43,134 bases of DNA. It comes from Dimorphilus gyrociliatus (Eukaryota; Animalia; Annelida). Positions 22,861-37,660 of this stretch are shown in pieces; positions within the stretch are counted from its first letter, which is position 1, and the number at the start of each line of letters is the position of its first letter. The position numbers were made by a program, and so were the translations under genes. The notes under the pieces were generated by a model. The model was not told the origin of the DNA, did not search any database, and saw nothing but the letters and a program-made list of their open reading frames with translations. The stretch covers positions 4,469,933 to 4,513,066 of the forward strand of contig CAJFCJ010000005.1 of the NCBI GenBank assembly GCA_904063045.1, given 5' to 3'.

Positions 22861-23119
22861 AATTTAAAATAAAAGTGATGAAGTGGTGTTATAATTTATA
22901 TACACATTGTTTTAAAATATCAGATTTCCTTTTTTAAGTACAGATCTAATATTTAGATATTCATTTCTTGTGCAATTTGATATTTACTATATTATTATAG
23001 CACATAGTGTTAAAGAAAACTAAAGAAGGTTGCTATAAGTTAAAGAAAATTTTTTTTCAAAGTTTTGTTTCATTTCTACCCTAATTCCTCTTTTAGCATT
23101 AATACTGAAATGTTCTGCT

Positions 23120-23467
23120 NNNNNNNNNNNNNNNNNNNNNNNNNNNNNNNNNNNNNNNNNNNNNNNNNNNNNNNNNNNNNNNNNNNNNNNNNNNNNNNNN
23201 NNNNNNNNNNNNNNNNNNNNNNNNNNNNNNNNNNNNNNNNNNNNNNNNNNNNNNNNNNNNNNNNNNNNNNNNNNNNNNNNNNNNNNNNNNNNNNNNNNNN
23301 NNNNNNNNNNNNNNNNNNNNNNNNNNNNNNNNNNNNNNNNNNNNNNNNNNNNNNNNNNNNNNNNNNNNNNNNNNNNNNNNNNNNNNNNNNNNNNNNNNNN
23401 NNNNNNNNNNNNNNNNNNNNNNNNNNNNNNNNNNNNNNNNNNNNNNNNNNNNNNNNNNNNNNNNNNN
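23120..23467. other. Assembly gap (N run)
   Basis: Run of N. Confidence 1.
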
Positions 23468-23519
23468 AATGTTAAATAATTAAAAAATATTTTTTCTTTG
23501 TTTCAAAAGATGATATTAA

Positions 23520-24502
23520 AAATACTCAAATTGCTGTTGAACATTCAAAATTTGAATCTTTACAAAGACAGCTCTGCAATCTTGATAATAAAAATTCTGG
23601 AATTGGAGTTTATCAAGTTTACAATTGTTCATATGTTGGTGATAGAGTATCTTTTTATCAAATTAGCAATGGAAGAGTTTTTGACATTTGTGAATTATAT
23701 GTTTTCGGTGAAAAACAACCTTACAATTCAAAAGGTCAAGGTCAGAAAAACTTGTTATGTTTGTTAATCTTATACCATATCTTTCACAGACCTAGGTAAT
23801 ATCATTATGGCCAGAAAAGGATTTTCAAAATCTTCAACAGATATAATATTAAATTCTTATTGCAATTTCATTTCAAATGATCAATACATTCAATTTCCTA
23901 ATACTCATAGAATAATTGCAATTAGTTTTACCCTAATAAAATCAGTACACTTCACTTCCGCTTTAGAAATTTATGGAATAAGTGAAAATACAAAAAAATT
24001 ATGCATCTCAGTTAAATATAATATGCAAATTGAAACACCAACAATATCTACATTTGTCTGCAAAAGTGAAATAATTGCAAAATATATTCGAATTTATTCA
24101 TCTGATATCAATTTTAAAATTTGCAAATATTCTCTGATTAGTAAAGAAGAAATTCAGGCAAAAGGAAGTGAGTGTATGATTTATTTATTATATCATTTGC
24201 ATATAATATAGATAAAATTTGCATAAAATTCAGATAACTATAAATTGGAGAAAAGTTATAAGATATTAAAACCTACTTTCATTCACTCAAAACATAATAC
24301 ATCTTCTGTTGTTGATTGTTGGAAAAAATGTTGGAAGAGTTCCCTCTGCACAGATATATCATATTCAATAGAAACTAAAATATGTTTATTCAGTGAATTT
24401 GATATACTGGAATATTTTCAGAGTTTTTTTATGCAACATTCACAAAGTATTTCCATATTCTCACAAAATCCTGGTATCCAATTATCTCCATTATGCCTTT
24501 AA
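23520..24502 (+). CDS. 3' part of a gene with F-type-lectin/discoidin-like domain(s) and a C-terminal PAN/apple domain; 5' part in the gap
   Basis: VYNCSYVGDRVSFYQ...FDICELYVFG; second similar unit ...TFVCKSEIIAKYIRI...FKICKY; PAN-like VVDCWKKCWKSSLCTDISYSIETKICLFS; GT-AG junctions near 23740/23790 and 24170/24235. Confidence 0.5.
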
Positions 24503-24608
24503 AGTTAATTATTTAAATATCAAAATACATTTCCAAAGTACAAAACTTCATTTATTCATTTAGACTCAAATAATGAATTTAATATTTTTCCAGTGTTTGT
24601 TAGTTCTA

Positions 24609-27600
24609 TTAAAATAATTTTTTCTTATTTTGAATAATGAAATATACAACGGAAATTATTAGAATAACTAATACAGTTGTTGCAGTAATAACTCCAATAA
24701 TAACATAGCTTACAAAACCTTGCTGGAAAATGTCTGCCTGACTTGTGGTCACCATTTCAGAGAGATGGTTGGAATTGCTAGTTGAATCAAATTCCTCTGT
24801 AGTTGTATCAAATTTCTCTGTGCTTGATATTTCGTTTGTGGTTGTTAACAATTCAACTTCTTCATCTCCCTTTTCAATGAAAACATAAAATGTTGCTGTG
24901 CTTGAGCAAGGACTACTTGATCTATCTGATACAATAATATAGCTTTTAAATTGTCCAATAGGAAGGGGATATTGAATTGTTACAATTTCATTAGAATTCT
25001 CTTTCACACCTAATATATCCAAATCTTCGGTTTGTTTAATGCTAAAAATCATATCTCCTTCCAAACCAGAATCAGAATCAACAGCCTCAATTCTTGTCAC
25101 AAGAAATCCCAGTGGAACTGTAGAATTAAGAAGTATTTTATCATTGGAATGAGGTTGATTTATCATTGAACACTCATTTACATCAGCCACATTGATAGTA
25201 ATTTCTGTTGAAGAAGATAATGCTTCTACTGTATTCTCAATTGCCATCACTTTTACATTGTATTTACCAGGTGTAAACTTTCCATTTGATCTTATAATTC
25301 CTAAAGTTTCATCTAGGGTTACTGCAATTTCTGAAGAAATTAGATTATAAAATATTCCTTGAACTGATCCTACATCTGTGTCATTTGCTTGAATTTGCAA
25401 AATGTACTCATTCATATGTATAAATTCATCAACTTCCACTACATATTTATCCTTCAGAAACACTGGAGGCACCAGTTAGGTTCAGCTCTCTCAGAACAAT
25501 TTTTTCCCTGATAATCTTTTCTACACTGACAGATATTTGGTGCTATACAGACACCATTTCCAGAACAATTTGATTGATTGTTACATAATGCTTCTGAGCA
25601 GGTTTCTCCAAACCAATGTTCATTACAAGAACAATGATCAAATGATATACATTTCCCATGACCAGAGCAATAATTCAAAGATTCACATGAGAATTCAGAA
25701 CAGTCCATTCCCTTGAATCCTGGATTACATTTGCACTCTTGAGCTGATATACAAATTCCATTTGTAGAACAAGGTGGATCACATACTGGATCACTACAAG
25801 TCTTCCAGTGTAACCATCATCACAAATACACTCTTTTTGTTTTACATATTCCATGATCACTACAATTGTCCAAATGAGGACAATTTATCATTGAATCACA
25901 TAATTCACCTTCAAATCCATCAATACAAATACATTGGTCAGGATTTATACATTCTCCATTTAAAGAACATTGATTTTTGCAAATTGGTATAGAGCAAGAC
26001 TCTTCTTGCCAACCTTCCTTGCAGAAACAAATGTCAAAACCTATACAAGATCCATGATTTGAACAATAATTTAAATTTTCACAACTAAACAATGAACAAA
26101 TGTCTCCTGTATATCCCATGTTGCATTTACATTTATTATGGTCAATGCACACACCATTTTGGGAACATCCTCTTGAACAAATTGCCTTTTCTGAACAATT
26201 GTTTGATGTCCATCCTTCTTCACATTCACAAATTCCAGTTTTCACGCACACTCCTCTTGATGAGCAATTATTTTTGCAAAATGCTTCAATCTCACAAGTT
26301 GATCCTTCAAAACCTTTAAAACAAGAACAAAATCCACCAGAGCAATTTCCATTAATACATTCCCCACAAACACCAATTTCACAATATTCTCCTGACCAAC
26401 CATCAATGCAAATACATCCTTTTTCTTGGCAAACACCCCTATTATAACACTGATTTTTGCATTGTTTAGAAGTCAGAACACCTTGCTTGGCTATTGTTGG
26501 ATCATTTGTAAGTATTACATCATAGATACATTTTATTTTGTCATCATCATCAACCTCATTGGCTTGGCATAATTTTGAGGCCATGTCAATTTTTGTTTGT
26601 GAGAAGTTCTGAAGATTATATATTGGCTGATGCGATGTGGTTGTATAGCTGGAATCCATTATGTCATCTTTGTGGAAGTTTGAAATGTTATTTAACCAAG
26701 ATTTATATAATCCTCCATTTTGATTAAATGTATCAACCATTCTCCATGATTCTACAAAATCAATGTGTGATGAATAGTTTTGTCCATTTGGTCCTCGAAA
26801 TCATCATTTTCATCATCATTCATTACTCCACATAAACCTGAAGTTTGATTAAACATATCTTTATCAGCAATAATTGAAATGCTTAGATATTGTCTTTTCA
26901 TTTTATCACTGAATGATGTAATGACTGAAATTGATGACCCACTATTTAATTTCATGGATATGATAAGAATTGTTGGATCATCTCCATTAAGAATTGAGAT
27001 TTTGGAGAAATATCTACTCGAATTGAGCTGTTGTCAAATTTTAATGAATGATTGCTTTCCAAGTTGCCAATGAGACTTCCATCTATCCTTAAGAATGGAT
27101 ATTCACCAACAGTTACATCTCTCCTAGTGGACAATGTAAGAATAGATGACTCACCAACTTTCAATGCAATTGCTCCTATAAATGATGTTGTTTTATGTGC
27201 AAAGAATCTGTATTGATAAGAGAGAGAAGATGAAATACATCCCCAAAATTGACCAATTCCAAAATAGTCAAAGGACCTGCCATCAAGTGTTTCTAAATGT
27301 GGATCACCCCAAGTAATTCTTGGTCTTCGTATTTCACAAGCAGTACCAAACCATAGATGATGACATTTGCATCTGGATTGACAATTTTCAGCACTAATAC
27401 AGTCACCATGTCCACTGCAAGTATTGGAAGGATAACAAATAGGTTGTTTACATTCTTTACCTTTTCTTTGATGCACACAAAAACCATTTATGCCACATTG
27501 ACTCCTACACTTGCATTCACCCGTTGGTGATCTCCTTACAATGGTATTTGCTGAACATCTTGAGCAAGGCTCACAGTAGCATAAACCATTTACCAATCTT

Positions 27601-30600
27601 GATAAAGTGCCATCTGGGCAGGTACAAGGACAACCAGTATTTGAATTGTATAAATGTTTAGCTGATCCATCAGAACAACAAAGACAATCTCCATCATTAA
27701 TTTTATAGCTGTGTTCCCTCTTTCCTTGTGAGCATTTACAAGAGCAAATGCAATCCTTTGTTAGTGGGTGTGTGTAACCAAAAGAAATGTCATTATTGAC
27801 AAAACAATTACATATATTATACAATCTTCTATATCTTCTATTGTAGATTTCACATTGGCTATAACATGGGAAAAGTATTTTATTATATTAAAGCTTTTTT
27901 ACAATGTAAAAATTTACCTTCCAATTATTAAATGATTGGTGTGATATTCTTGATAAAAAATATCTTTTTTATTATTAAATGAGAAAATTTCACCTGATAT
28001 TTTCATTTGTTTAAAATTGACAGTTGATGTAATGGGTTTCATCATATCTTTACAGATATTACTATTAGCATATCCACCTTTTATTTCTAATTCTTTGGTA
28101 AGATTCATTGATATTTTTACAGGAAGATTTTCTCTAGATTTCAATTTCTTTACAACTATATCTGGTTTTTTAATTTTTGCATATTTAATCATTTTTACAT
28201 TTAAAGGAAAGTGACACTGTACTTACTAGCAAGCCAGTTGCTAACTGAATTCAGCTGACCATTTGAATGGAAATATTTTTTATGATTTAATTGTGTCTTG
28301 GAATTTGTAATCCTTTTGTACAAAGGCCACTTAAGTGATAATTGCATTATAAATGGAATATTTAAATCACCATAGCCAGATGAATGTAATTTTGTGTGAC
28401 ATATATTTCTTTTTCTTTCCACAGTAGTTTTATAGTTGTCAATGTTTTCTTTATCATAATATATGAAACTGCTATTCATTATACTTGAAAATATACATTG
28501 GTCAGATGATAAGTTAACTATACTTCTATATTCCATCTTTGATTCACCAACTGATAAATTTGAGATGGTTATCAAACCAGGAAAATAGTATCCATTAATT
28601 TCATAGTAAAATAGATGTTCATATGATCTGCGGTCAATAGATGATAAAATATTATTTTTTAGTGTGGTATGTGTATTTCTTTTTGTAGAAAATGTAAATT
28701 TAACATCCACATCAGAATTGACTGAAAATGAAGGTTTTATATAGTTTATGCCGGAAATTGGGGTAATTTTTGTCTCAATTGTTGTCTGAATTATTGAATT
28801 ATATTTAGCAGCAATTGAAAGTTTAAGATTTGAATTCTGTCAAAGTGATAAATAAGATTAGTTTATAGAGAAATTTAAGTATTTGCAATGTTTGAACTTA
28901 CATCTTCTCTTACAGCAGGAAAATTTCCCTGTATTATTGTTGAAGAACTAAGTGAAGTAATTTTCCTTGATTTCACTGTCAGTTTTTCAATATCATCATA
29001 AATAACTTCATCTATCATCATATTTTTTGAAAGCAATTCTAAATTTATCATTTCTATTGCTTTCCAGCCATTTAAAAGGGATTTTGAATTTAGGACATAA
29101 CCTAAGGATGGACCTGTTTTCTTACCAATTATTAATTTACCTTCAGTCATTCTTTCATCATTCTTTAAGTAATGCAACTTTTTCTTATCATTTACACTAT
29201 ATGTACTTGTACAATCAAGCTGAGAGTTTAGAACTTTTAAATGACTTATATTTTCATTTTCCAACACATTTTGAGAACAGTCAACCAATTCAGTTTCAAC
29301 AAAGAGGTCTCTATTGGTATTTTTTCTAAATTTAACAATTCTTTCCAAAAAATAAGAATAATTTTCAACAGATACTGCATCTCCTATTGCAAAGTTACTA
29401 TTCTCTTGAACCATTATGTAATAAGACCATAAAGATTTACTCCTATACAGATATTCTTCACCAAAACATTTCACTGTTTTCTGTTTGCTAATAATTCTTG
29501 TTTGATGATTCAATTGAAGGAAATTCAAAATATAATTCTCATTAGTACTTAGCATTTTCCTTGAGTTGGAATTATCTGAATCAGAAAATTGACCATCAGC
29601 TTTAAAATGAGCATATTTAAAAATATCTAATGGATTAACAGCATATCCAATCAAGATTTCATAATTCAATAGAGAATCCATTTTATGGGTAATTTTATGA
29701 TGTAATCCCTTTGAATTCTTACTTATCATAATATTTCCAATTTTAAGTGATAAGCTGTTTCCTTCCAAGATATATATGTCATATTCATCATTTAAATCTC
29801 CATGTAATAATTCTTCACTACTGCATTTATATAAAATTGATGTTGATGGTATTTCAATAACATTTTCATGAAACTGAATATTTATTAATCTTTCTTCAGA
29901 TAATAAATTTGGTGTTGGAAAACCTTCTTTACATTTTTCTTCATTCCATATTTTACAACCAGTAGAGGTTTCTTTAAAGCAATTGATAATATCCTGGCAT
30001 TGTTCACAAAAATAATTGTTAGTGTTTGAACAATGGTGTTTTTGACAGTTATGTGTTATAATTTGATTTGAACAGGAATTTGGTTCTATAGTTAAACAAT
30101 TCCAATAGAACCAATGAGGACATGCTCTATTAGGTTTATCTGCTAACCCTGGAATACACCTTTCAGTAGTATCACACCATCCACACCCTTCTCTTTGTGT
30201 GCATTGTTTACAAGATGTAAAGCGAGGACAAATTGAGATAGAACATCTCCTACCATACCATCCAGGATTGCACCTACATATATTTGGCCCTACACAAGTT
30301 CCATGATTTGTACAATATCCAACATCTTCACAAGTGAATAATGAACAGTCATGGTGGGTCCATCCTGATTCACAGGAACAGGTTGTTCCATAACAAATTC
30401 CTCTTTTAAAACAATTATTAGTACAGAGACCAAATTTAATCTCCCTACAAACAAAGGGTTTAATGATATCATTTCTGCTATAATTACCAATTCTTGAATA
30501 GTACTGTTGTGAGTCAGCAGCATCCCATATATCAGCTGTCATGTGAGCATTATTACCATCAGTATATGTAAGTGTATTTTGTATATCTCTATTTCTTATT

Positions 30601-33600
30601 AGAAAGTCTCTTGTTAAAAGCATAGACATGTTTGAAAAACACCAATTTGCAGCATCGTTAAATGATAAAGGACCAAAATGAAAATAGAAGCAATATTGTT
30701 GTATATATTTCCAGCCCTTAAATCCACAAAAATTGTTAACTTTAGTATTGGTTGGTATTTTCTCTGAAATTGGGGAATAGTCAATCAATTTTAAAGATGA
30801 ATCATGTCTTCCATCAAATATTCTATTATGAATATTGCTGTGAAGTGTTTTACCCCACCAATTATTTGAACAATTATTAGAAATTAAACCACAGGTATTT
30901 GACAGACAAGCAATTTGGAATGTTGTTACATCATCATCTAAAATATTCTCATTAATTTGAATATTTTCTGCAGATGTAGAAATGATCTCTGCTTTGCCAG
31001 AACTTCCTGTATTGATATGAAATGTACTATCTTGAATTTGTATAATGCCTTCAGTAGTATTTTGAGAAAGATGAAAGATTAGATTATTAGCAGCTCTATT
31101 TTTATAAAATATACACTGAGTTATAAATGTATTTGTATTGATAATTCTAATAAAATTTATATTGCTTGAGCATTCTCCAAAATAATTTTGGTGTAAAATA
31201 ACAGAAAATTTCTCCATATTAGAATTATGAATATACAATATTTGGCCAGAATTCCAATGGAAATTACTTTGAACTATAACTATTCTTTGTTTATCCAGAA
31301 AAGAATAGACATTATTATAAATATGAATATTAATTGCACTTGAACTGCAATATTGAAATTTTAAATTTTTCATAAAAACTCTTGAACGTCTGCCTTTAAC
31401 ATCTATTACATTGCTAGATTTAGTAAATTTTACATTTTCAACATGTATATAAGTTTTATGATTTAATGTCTGATCAAAAATGTTGATAGATTCTCTAGAT
31501 TTGATAAAATTACTATTAACCACTTTCAATTCTGAATTATCTGTTTCTTTTTCACAATACACATAAGATGGTTCTCCAAAACTAACACAACTGCTATATC
31601 TCAAAAGCAAATGAATGAGAATCCTAAATTTTTTATTATGTAGATTTCTAATAGGAATATCATGAATTTGTATATAATTTCTGGAATGATCCTCAAACAT
31701 GTATTGTAGCTGCTCATTAGGTCCAATGACATTGACAATATGCTGTTCAATGTCACCTGACCAAAAGTATCGGTAGAAACAATAATTCTTATTAAATTGA
31801 AGATTTTTATGCTCAATTTCTATCCAATTTCTGTTTGATATAAAAGGCCAATTAAATTTGAAGGCCAGAACAAACTCAAATCTGCTTTTCAATAATTCAA
31901 AAATGTGTGAACATCTAGAACTGGTTTTATTCTGAAAAATTTGAATATCTTCATCATCTACTGTATAATTCAATTTGAGACCACAATGCTCTATTTTTGT
32001 CATACTATTGCAGATTTTATCTAAAAATATAAAGAATAACAATTAGTTCTATTATTCAATTTTTTATCTTTTTATAAACTGAAAACCTGGCCTTTGAACT
32101 GCTGAGAAGAGAAGTCTTAACTTTCGAGCAGAAATATAATTTAATTGTATTCTTGCTTTTTCTTCATACATGTAAAACTTGTCCTTTTTGTTTAAAAAAA
32201 AATAGCTAGTTGAGATTATTTATAGACCTAGAAATAAAAACACTATTTTACCTTGTCTTGATTTAAAAAGTATGGATTGCCATGTGTTGGATATATCTTA
32301 ATAAATTCAGATCTAATTGAACCAAAAAGTACCTCTCCTCTAATAATATAACCATGGGGAACCAAAATATTTACTGAACATCCACCAGAAAAAAAATTAA
32401 ACCAACTTGTATCAAACCACAGAGGCTTATCTTTCAGTTTATAAATATTACTTTTAGCAGAACATAGAGAAATTGGAGACCATATTGCTTGGCTTATTGA
32501 ATATGGTTTTTTCTCCTGATTTCCATATCTTTCTATTTCAATTGCCTTAAAAATATTTTCAAAATGACTATTTTCAATCATAAGGTTCCTTATTGTGCCA
32601 ATTATACTAATCCCCAGACCTTTGTACATAGACAAAGATTTAACCCATACATTTGAAATTGTTACAACTGGATTATTCTCAACTGCCAGAATGGATACAC
32701 CAATAGATTTTGACACAAAGACTGAATCTTTGATAAACACTTCTTTATTAGATACTAAAATCAGACTAACACCTTCAATGTACACATTTTGAATATTATT
32801 TGAAACACCTTTTAGACTAATCAAACTAGTTGTATCTTCTTTTTCAGTTGAACATCGAAAATTTAGATCATAAGCCTCTGTCCGATTGTTTGATACTTTT
32901 TGGCATTTGGACAGTTCTGGAGCATTGAAGCAATCTAGTATTAGTGAATTCTTGCTAGACGAATAATAATTTTGTCTAAGTATGAAATAAGCTAATAGGA
33001 AAAAAGTTTAGTTTATTGACAATTAATCAGAAACACTACACTTACCCGAATGGGCATGTCTATGAAAATGATTACATACCATATGATTTAGATGAACATA
33101 CTCTTGAAATGTTGTCACATGGCTAAACTGAACGTATTTATCAACATTCAAAGCCAATCTGTCAAAGTATAATTTATATTTATTATACTTTGCAATGCTA
33201 ATGTTTATAAACTGAGCTGTAGATGTTGGGAAATATATTTCCCCTTTAACTATCAACTTTTTCCCCCAATTTATATTGATTGATGTATTTTGTGCTAGAA
33301 TTATTAAATTTCCATTGATTACAGTAGTGTCATCTACCAGAGTACTTCCATGTAGTACAATAGGACCTTCAACATAACCTTGTAAGATGGACACTTGTGT
33401 TGATTTGACTTCTTCAAAGTACTTTAACATTGTCATATTACTGTTTGAGTAGCTTGGAGATAGATTAACTTTAATTAAAAGGCCATTTTCATTTCTATCA
33501 TATAGTTTAGTATAAGGATTTTCAGTATTAATATAATTGTGCGTTACATCATATTTGCATAAATCACTTTCAATATTATCACTATCGCACAAAAATTGAC

Positions 33601-36492
33601 AATCAATTTCATATTTAGTGTATCTGTTATCAAAGATATTTTCTATTATTTTTGGATAAATTTCTCCTCTAATTACTATTGATGAAATTGCTATGTTCTC
33701 TGAAAACTCATTTCTGCTAATATCAATTACAACATTTTTTCTATCAGGTTGCAGAAATTGAAAATCAACTGTTGAATCATACATTCTGTTATTTCTTATA
33801 ACATTATTTGAAAATTCAAAATTAGTATTCCTCAATATAACTTGAAAAGCAGATCTTGCTGTAGAATTCTTAATAAGATTATTCTTTACTAAAATATCAT
33901 CTGTAGTTTCTTTTAAAGATACAAACAGACTTTTTATTTGTATCAGAAAATTTGTGAAGCTAAAACAATTCAAAATTGTATTATTTTTTAATATTAAATT
34001 TGAATGTAGATTTGTAATTTCTATCAGATTGTGTGCGGTTACGTTAAAAAAATGATTATTTGCTATAACCCAATTATTAGATTTACTCTGATAAGTCTTT
34101 TGATATATACTCATTCCAGTCAATTTGATGAAAGAGTAGTCTCTCCAAAAGTTAGATGTTGGAAAGAAATTCTCAATCCAATTGTTTTTTATATTAATAT
34201 TAGAAGGAACTGATCTTGAAGAAAAACTGAGAAGATTCTTCCTTACATTGATTATATAGTTTTGTTCAAAAGAGAAATTAGTGTTTGATATTTCAATACC
34301 AACATTCTGGAAGCTACCATCAATGACATTGTCATATATGTTGACAAAATTGAAGCTTTGTATACGAATACTTCCTTTGATAATATTTTTAGTAATTTCA
34401 AAATGATTTGAGTATTGTTTCCATCCATGTAGTTTTAAGACGCTCTTGGAAAAAAAAATTTTTGATATGTTTTAAAATGTTTTTAATGAGAGAAATATAA
34501 AAATGTTCTTACTCCATTAATCAAATTATCACTAATTGTTATATTTTGAACAGTGGAATATCTGAAGTTCAAATCAGCCTGGGTTGATTGCAAGGTATTA
34601 TTTGTAATTGTAATTGAGAGTGATTGTGAATAAAACTGCAGTCTTGAATTGATAAAATGACTTGAATGAATATTAAATTCTCCTGACAAACCATTTAATT
34701 TCATTCTAGTCTTGTTTGTTGTTATATTAACCAGTGTAATGCCCACGTCAATGTCTTCAACATAAAAACTCGTGTCTCTTAGAGTACTTGAGAGATAAAA
34801 GTTGGAGAATATACATTCACCTGCATCAAAAATTATTTTAGGATTTTAAATTGCTTAAAAACAATTTAGAAATGACATACTTCGAGAAATGGAATTAATT
34901 TTTAAGTTCATATTCCACTTTATAGCATTATCATGTTTAGGTGAACAAGAAAGTAGAACACTTTGAAAATAACTAATTTTTCTGGTTTCGACAGAATATC
35001 CATGTTCGTCAGTCAATGAACAATCCATTGAGGATGAATAGTAAAAATAAACTATATATAGTACTTGACCTTTGGGAGCAAGAAATGTCTGCAATTCCAT
35101 TGTAGAAGCATTAAAAATTTACAATTTTTCAAGATTACTGATTCATTCTTACCTTTTGAATTTTTTGTCTTTTTTGAAATGTATTTGCTATATTAACTGG
35201 ATAGGACAAATCATGTTCATCACATACATTGCAATCAACTTGATCCCAGCGCTTTAAATTATATTTTTTTGGGGATAGATGCATTGTCTTAAAATAAAGA
35301 GCATAGTGTCTATTTCCTATTTTGAACATATATAAGATATCAGAGTAAAATGTATGATATTTTTGGATTTTGCAAAACAGTCACTCACCTTCAGCAATAA
35401 AATTGTCAATTATTATCTTATTTCTTGTTACAATATATAGGCCATAATTATGATTATTTTCCAAAATTATTGACTTTAGATTGAGGTCTTCAGAATTGGA
35501 TTGATTTTTAATGTATAAAGCATCTCTGAATGGCGAATTCCGAATTTGAACTTTTCTTTATATTTTTAAAAAGATTTTTAAAAATGAACATAATTTATGA
35601 GAATTTATTGTTACAAACTCAAAATGACTGATTGTGGAATCTATTATAGAAAATGATGCTTTCTCACTCAGCAAATTGGAAATGTAAACATAATTTGAAT
35701 TTCTAATCAGAATTCCATTTATTATTTCAAGCTCTGGAGACCTAAATGTCCAAGTATTTTTCCAGATTTTTTTAATGTCACCTGTGTTTTTGTAAAGACA
35801 AAACAGTGTAGAGATTCTAAAAGTACAATAGAAAATATTACCAAATAGACAATCTGTTAAGTATTTTGAGAAGATATTGCATTGAATTTCAGTACAATAT
35901 GAAGAATGTCCCGCATAGCCATTTTGTAATCCTAAAGTTTGATTGACAAGCTAAAAAGTTAATATTATTATTTCTATTTTAAATTATACAAATTTATATC
36001 AAAAATCAATTTTTATTCAACACCTCAATTGCGGTATTATGTGAACTTTCATCTGGCCAACAGATGTCTCTGAATTCATTTTTGTACTTGATCTGCAGTT
36101 GAAATCTGTCTAGTATTTCACTTACTTTATAAAGAACATCTTATTAATAGCATTAGAAAAAAACCTCTGTTTTTAAATGAAAATTGCACATTTGCCATTT
36201 CAGGGTTTTCTTCCACATTCATAAAAATTTGATTATTATTTGATCCATTTATTGTCACGTTACCACCATTTACTTCAATATAACTTTGGTAGGTGAAAGT
36301 TAAATTGACCCCTGCATTAATGACAAGAGAAGAGGGTCTAATTTTATCAATAATCCTATGATTTCCAGACAGAATCACTAGTTTCTTATTGTTGTATGCT
36401 GTATTGTAATCCAGGCAATTTATGCAACAAAGATATGTTGATAGAAGAAATATAAGGCAATATTTCAATTGCGAAGTAGTTAATGATAACAT
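24609..36492 (-). CDS. Very large single-pass receptor: Bark/Anakonda-like N-half (beta-helix PbH1, SRCR, CUB-like, C-type lectin), then EGF, PSI, Cys-rich, VWD, EGF array, two cadherin repeats and TM; multi-exon with several 1-bp frameshifts
   Basis: Signal MLSLTTSQLKYCLIFLLSTYLCC; Asn/Ile-rich beta-helix repeats; CTLD CGFKGWKYIQQYCFYF..LSFNDAANWC; EGF; PSI CTQREGCGWC; VWD WGDPHLETLDG..FDYFGIGQF and TSGLCGVMN; EGF repeats; cadherin PPVF..Y..EVDE, QANDTDVGS, DSDSGLEG; TM VIIGVITATTVLVILIISVVYFII. Confidence 0.88.
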
Positions 36493-36724
36493 TTCCCAGT
36501 CAAGATCCAAATAGTGTTAATAATGTTTCTCAAGTCTAAAGAGGAAGTGAAATTAACAAAATAGTAGAGCAAAATCCTATAAAGTGAAAGATATATAAAT
36601 AAATTTTTATTGTTAATTGTACAATCATAATTTAGGCCTAACAATAAAACCCAGTCTAAATAGTATAAAATTGCAATATATGAATAGAAAAGCTGAATGA
36701 AGTATTTGAATATGTAATTCACAT

Positions 36725-36734
36725 ATCACGTGAT
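36725..36734. promoter_or_regulatory. Palindromic E-box/CLEAR-like ATCACGTGAT upstream of the large receptor gene; ETS-like CTTCCG nearby
   Basis: About 235 bp upstream of the ATG at 36492. Confidence 0.4.
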
Positions 36735-37264
36735 CATCATTCTTAAGGCAAGGGTAAATATGACTTCCGTCTGATGTCAAATATATCTTTTTAGAATTGC
36801 ATTACGAATTTTCATTAGCAATTTTGTTACAATTTTAGTTTTGTTTCCAATGTTTCTCACTCACACTGTTCAGTTGCATTTGTTTCTTATACAGTACAAG
36901 GAACTCTTTGTCAGACAATCAAACAGGTATATTCTCATTGATTATCTTTTTGCACACTTAAAGAAAAGAAAGGAATTACAAATCAAAACCTACTTTTCTG
37001 CTCCTAACCATTTTTTAATCAGAAATCTCTCTTTCAAAAGTCTCGCTTGGGGAAGTTTTTTGTCGGCCACGAATTCTCTTAATCATTTTTGGGAGAAAAA
37101 ACATTTTTTTCTTTTTTTAATTTCAGAAATATGACTTGTTTAGTAAAGGAGGCCTATTTTTAATTGGGGCATAAATAGCTACTTACTATTTTTTAATAAC
37201 ATATTATGTAATCTACAGTTTGAATATTTATAATTTGAACTCTTAGCATTTAGTACAGTTGTTT

Positions 37265-37660
37265 ACTGTAAACATAATGTTCACTCCTCCAAATCGGAGT
37301 CTATTAATGATATCTTTTGGCTCATCCCTCTTACCTTACAGTCTCCAGACAAACTCTCTTCTCCTAGGGTGAAGCTCCACTTTGGAAAAATATGAAAAAA
37401 TAATTCTTTTCCCTTTCTGTAAGCTCCATTCCTTTTTTTCTTTGCTGAAATTTTTAATTTGCCTTTGATTTAAGGTGGGCTTCTTGGCTGCTAATCTTCC
37501 ATTGGCAGAGCATTTTCTCAAAAAGGTTTCCACCATTGACAATTGAAGGAGAGTAAAGCAGACAGAATAGAACAGTTTCCGCATAGTTCTTTCTAATTAG
37601 TTTAGACTTGCGTCCTAACTCTGAGCCCATGCCCTGACTGTGAGGAGAAAGAGTAAGAGT
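37265..37660 (-). mobile_element. Tc1-family transposase relic
   Basis: NGRLAAKKPTLNQRQIKNFSKEKKEWSLQKGKRIIFSYFSKVELHPRRREFVWRL*GKRDEPKDIINRLRFGG matches the Tc1 ARKKP...W..V.FSDESK.E..VWR..G...FGG pattern. Confidence 0.75.
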
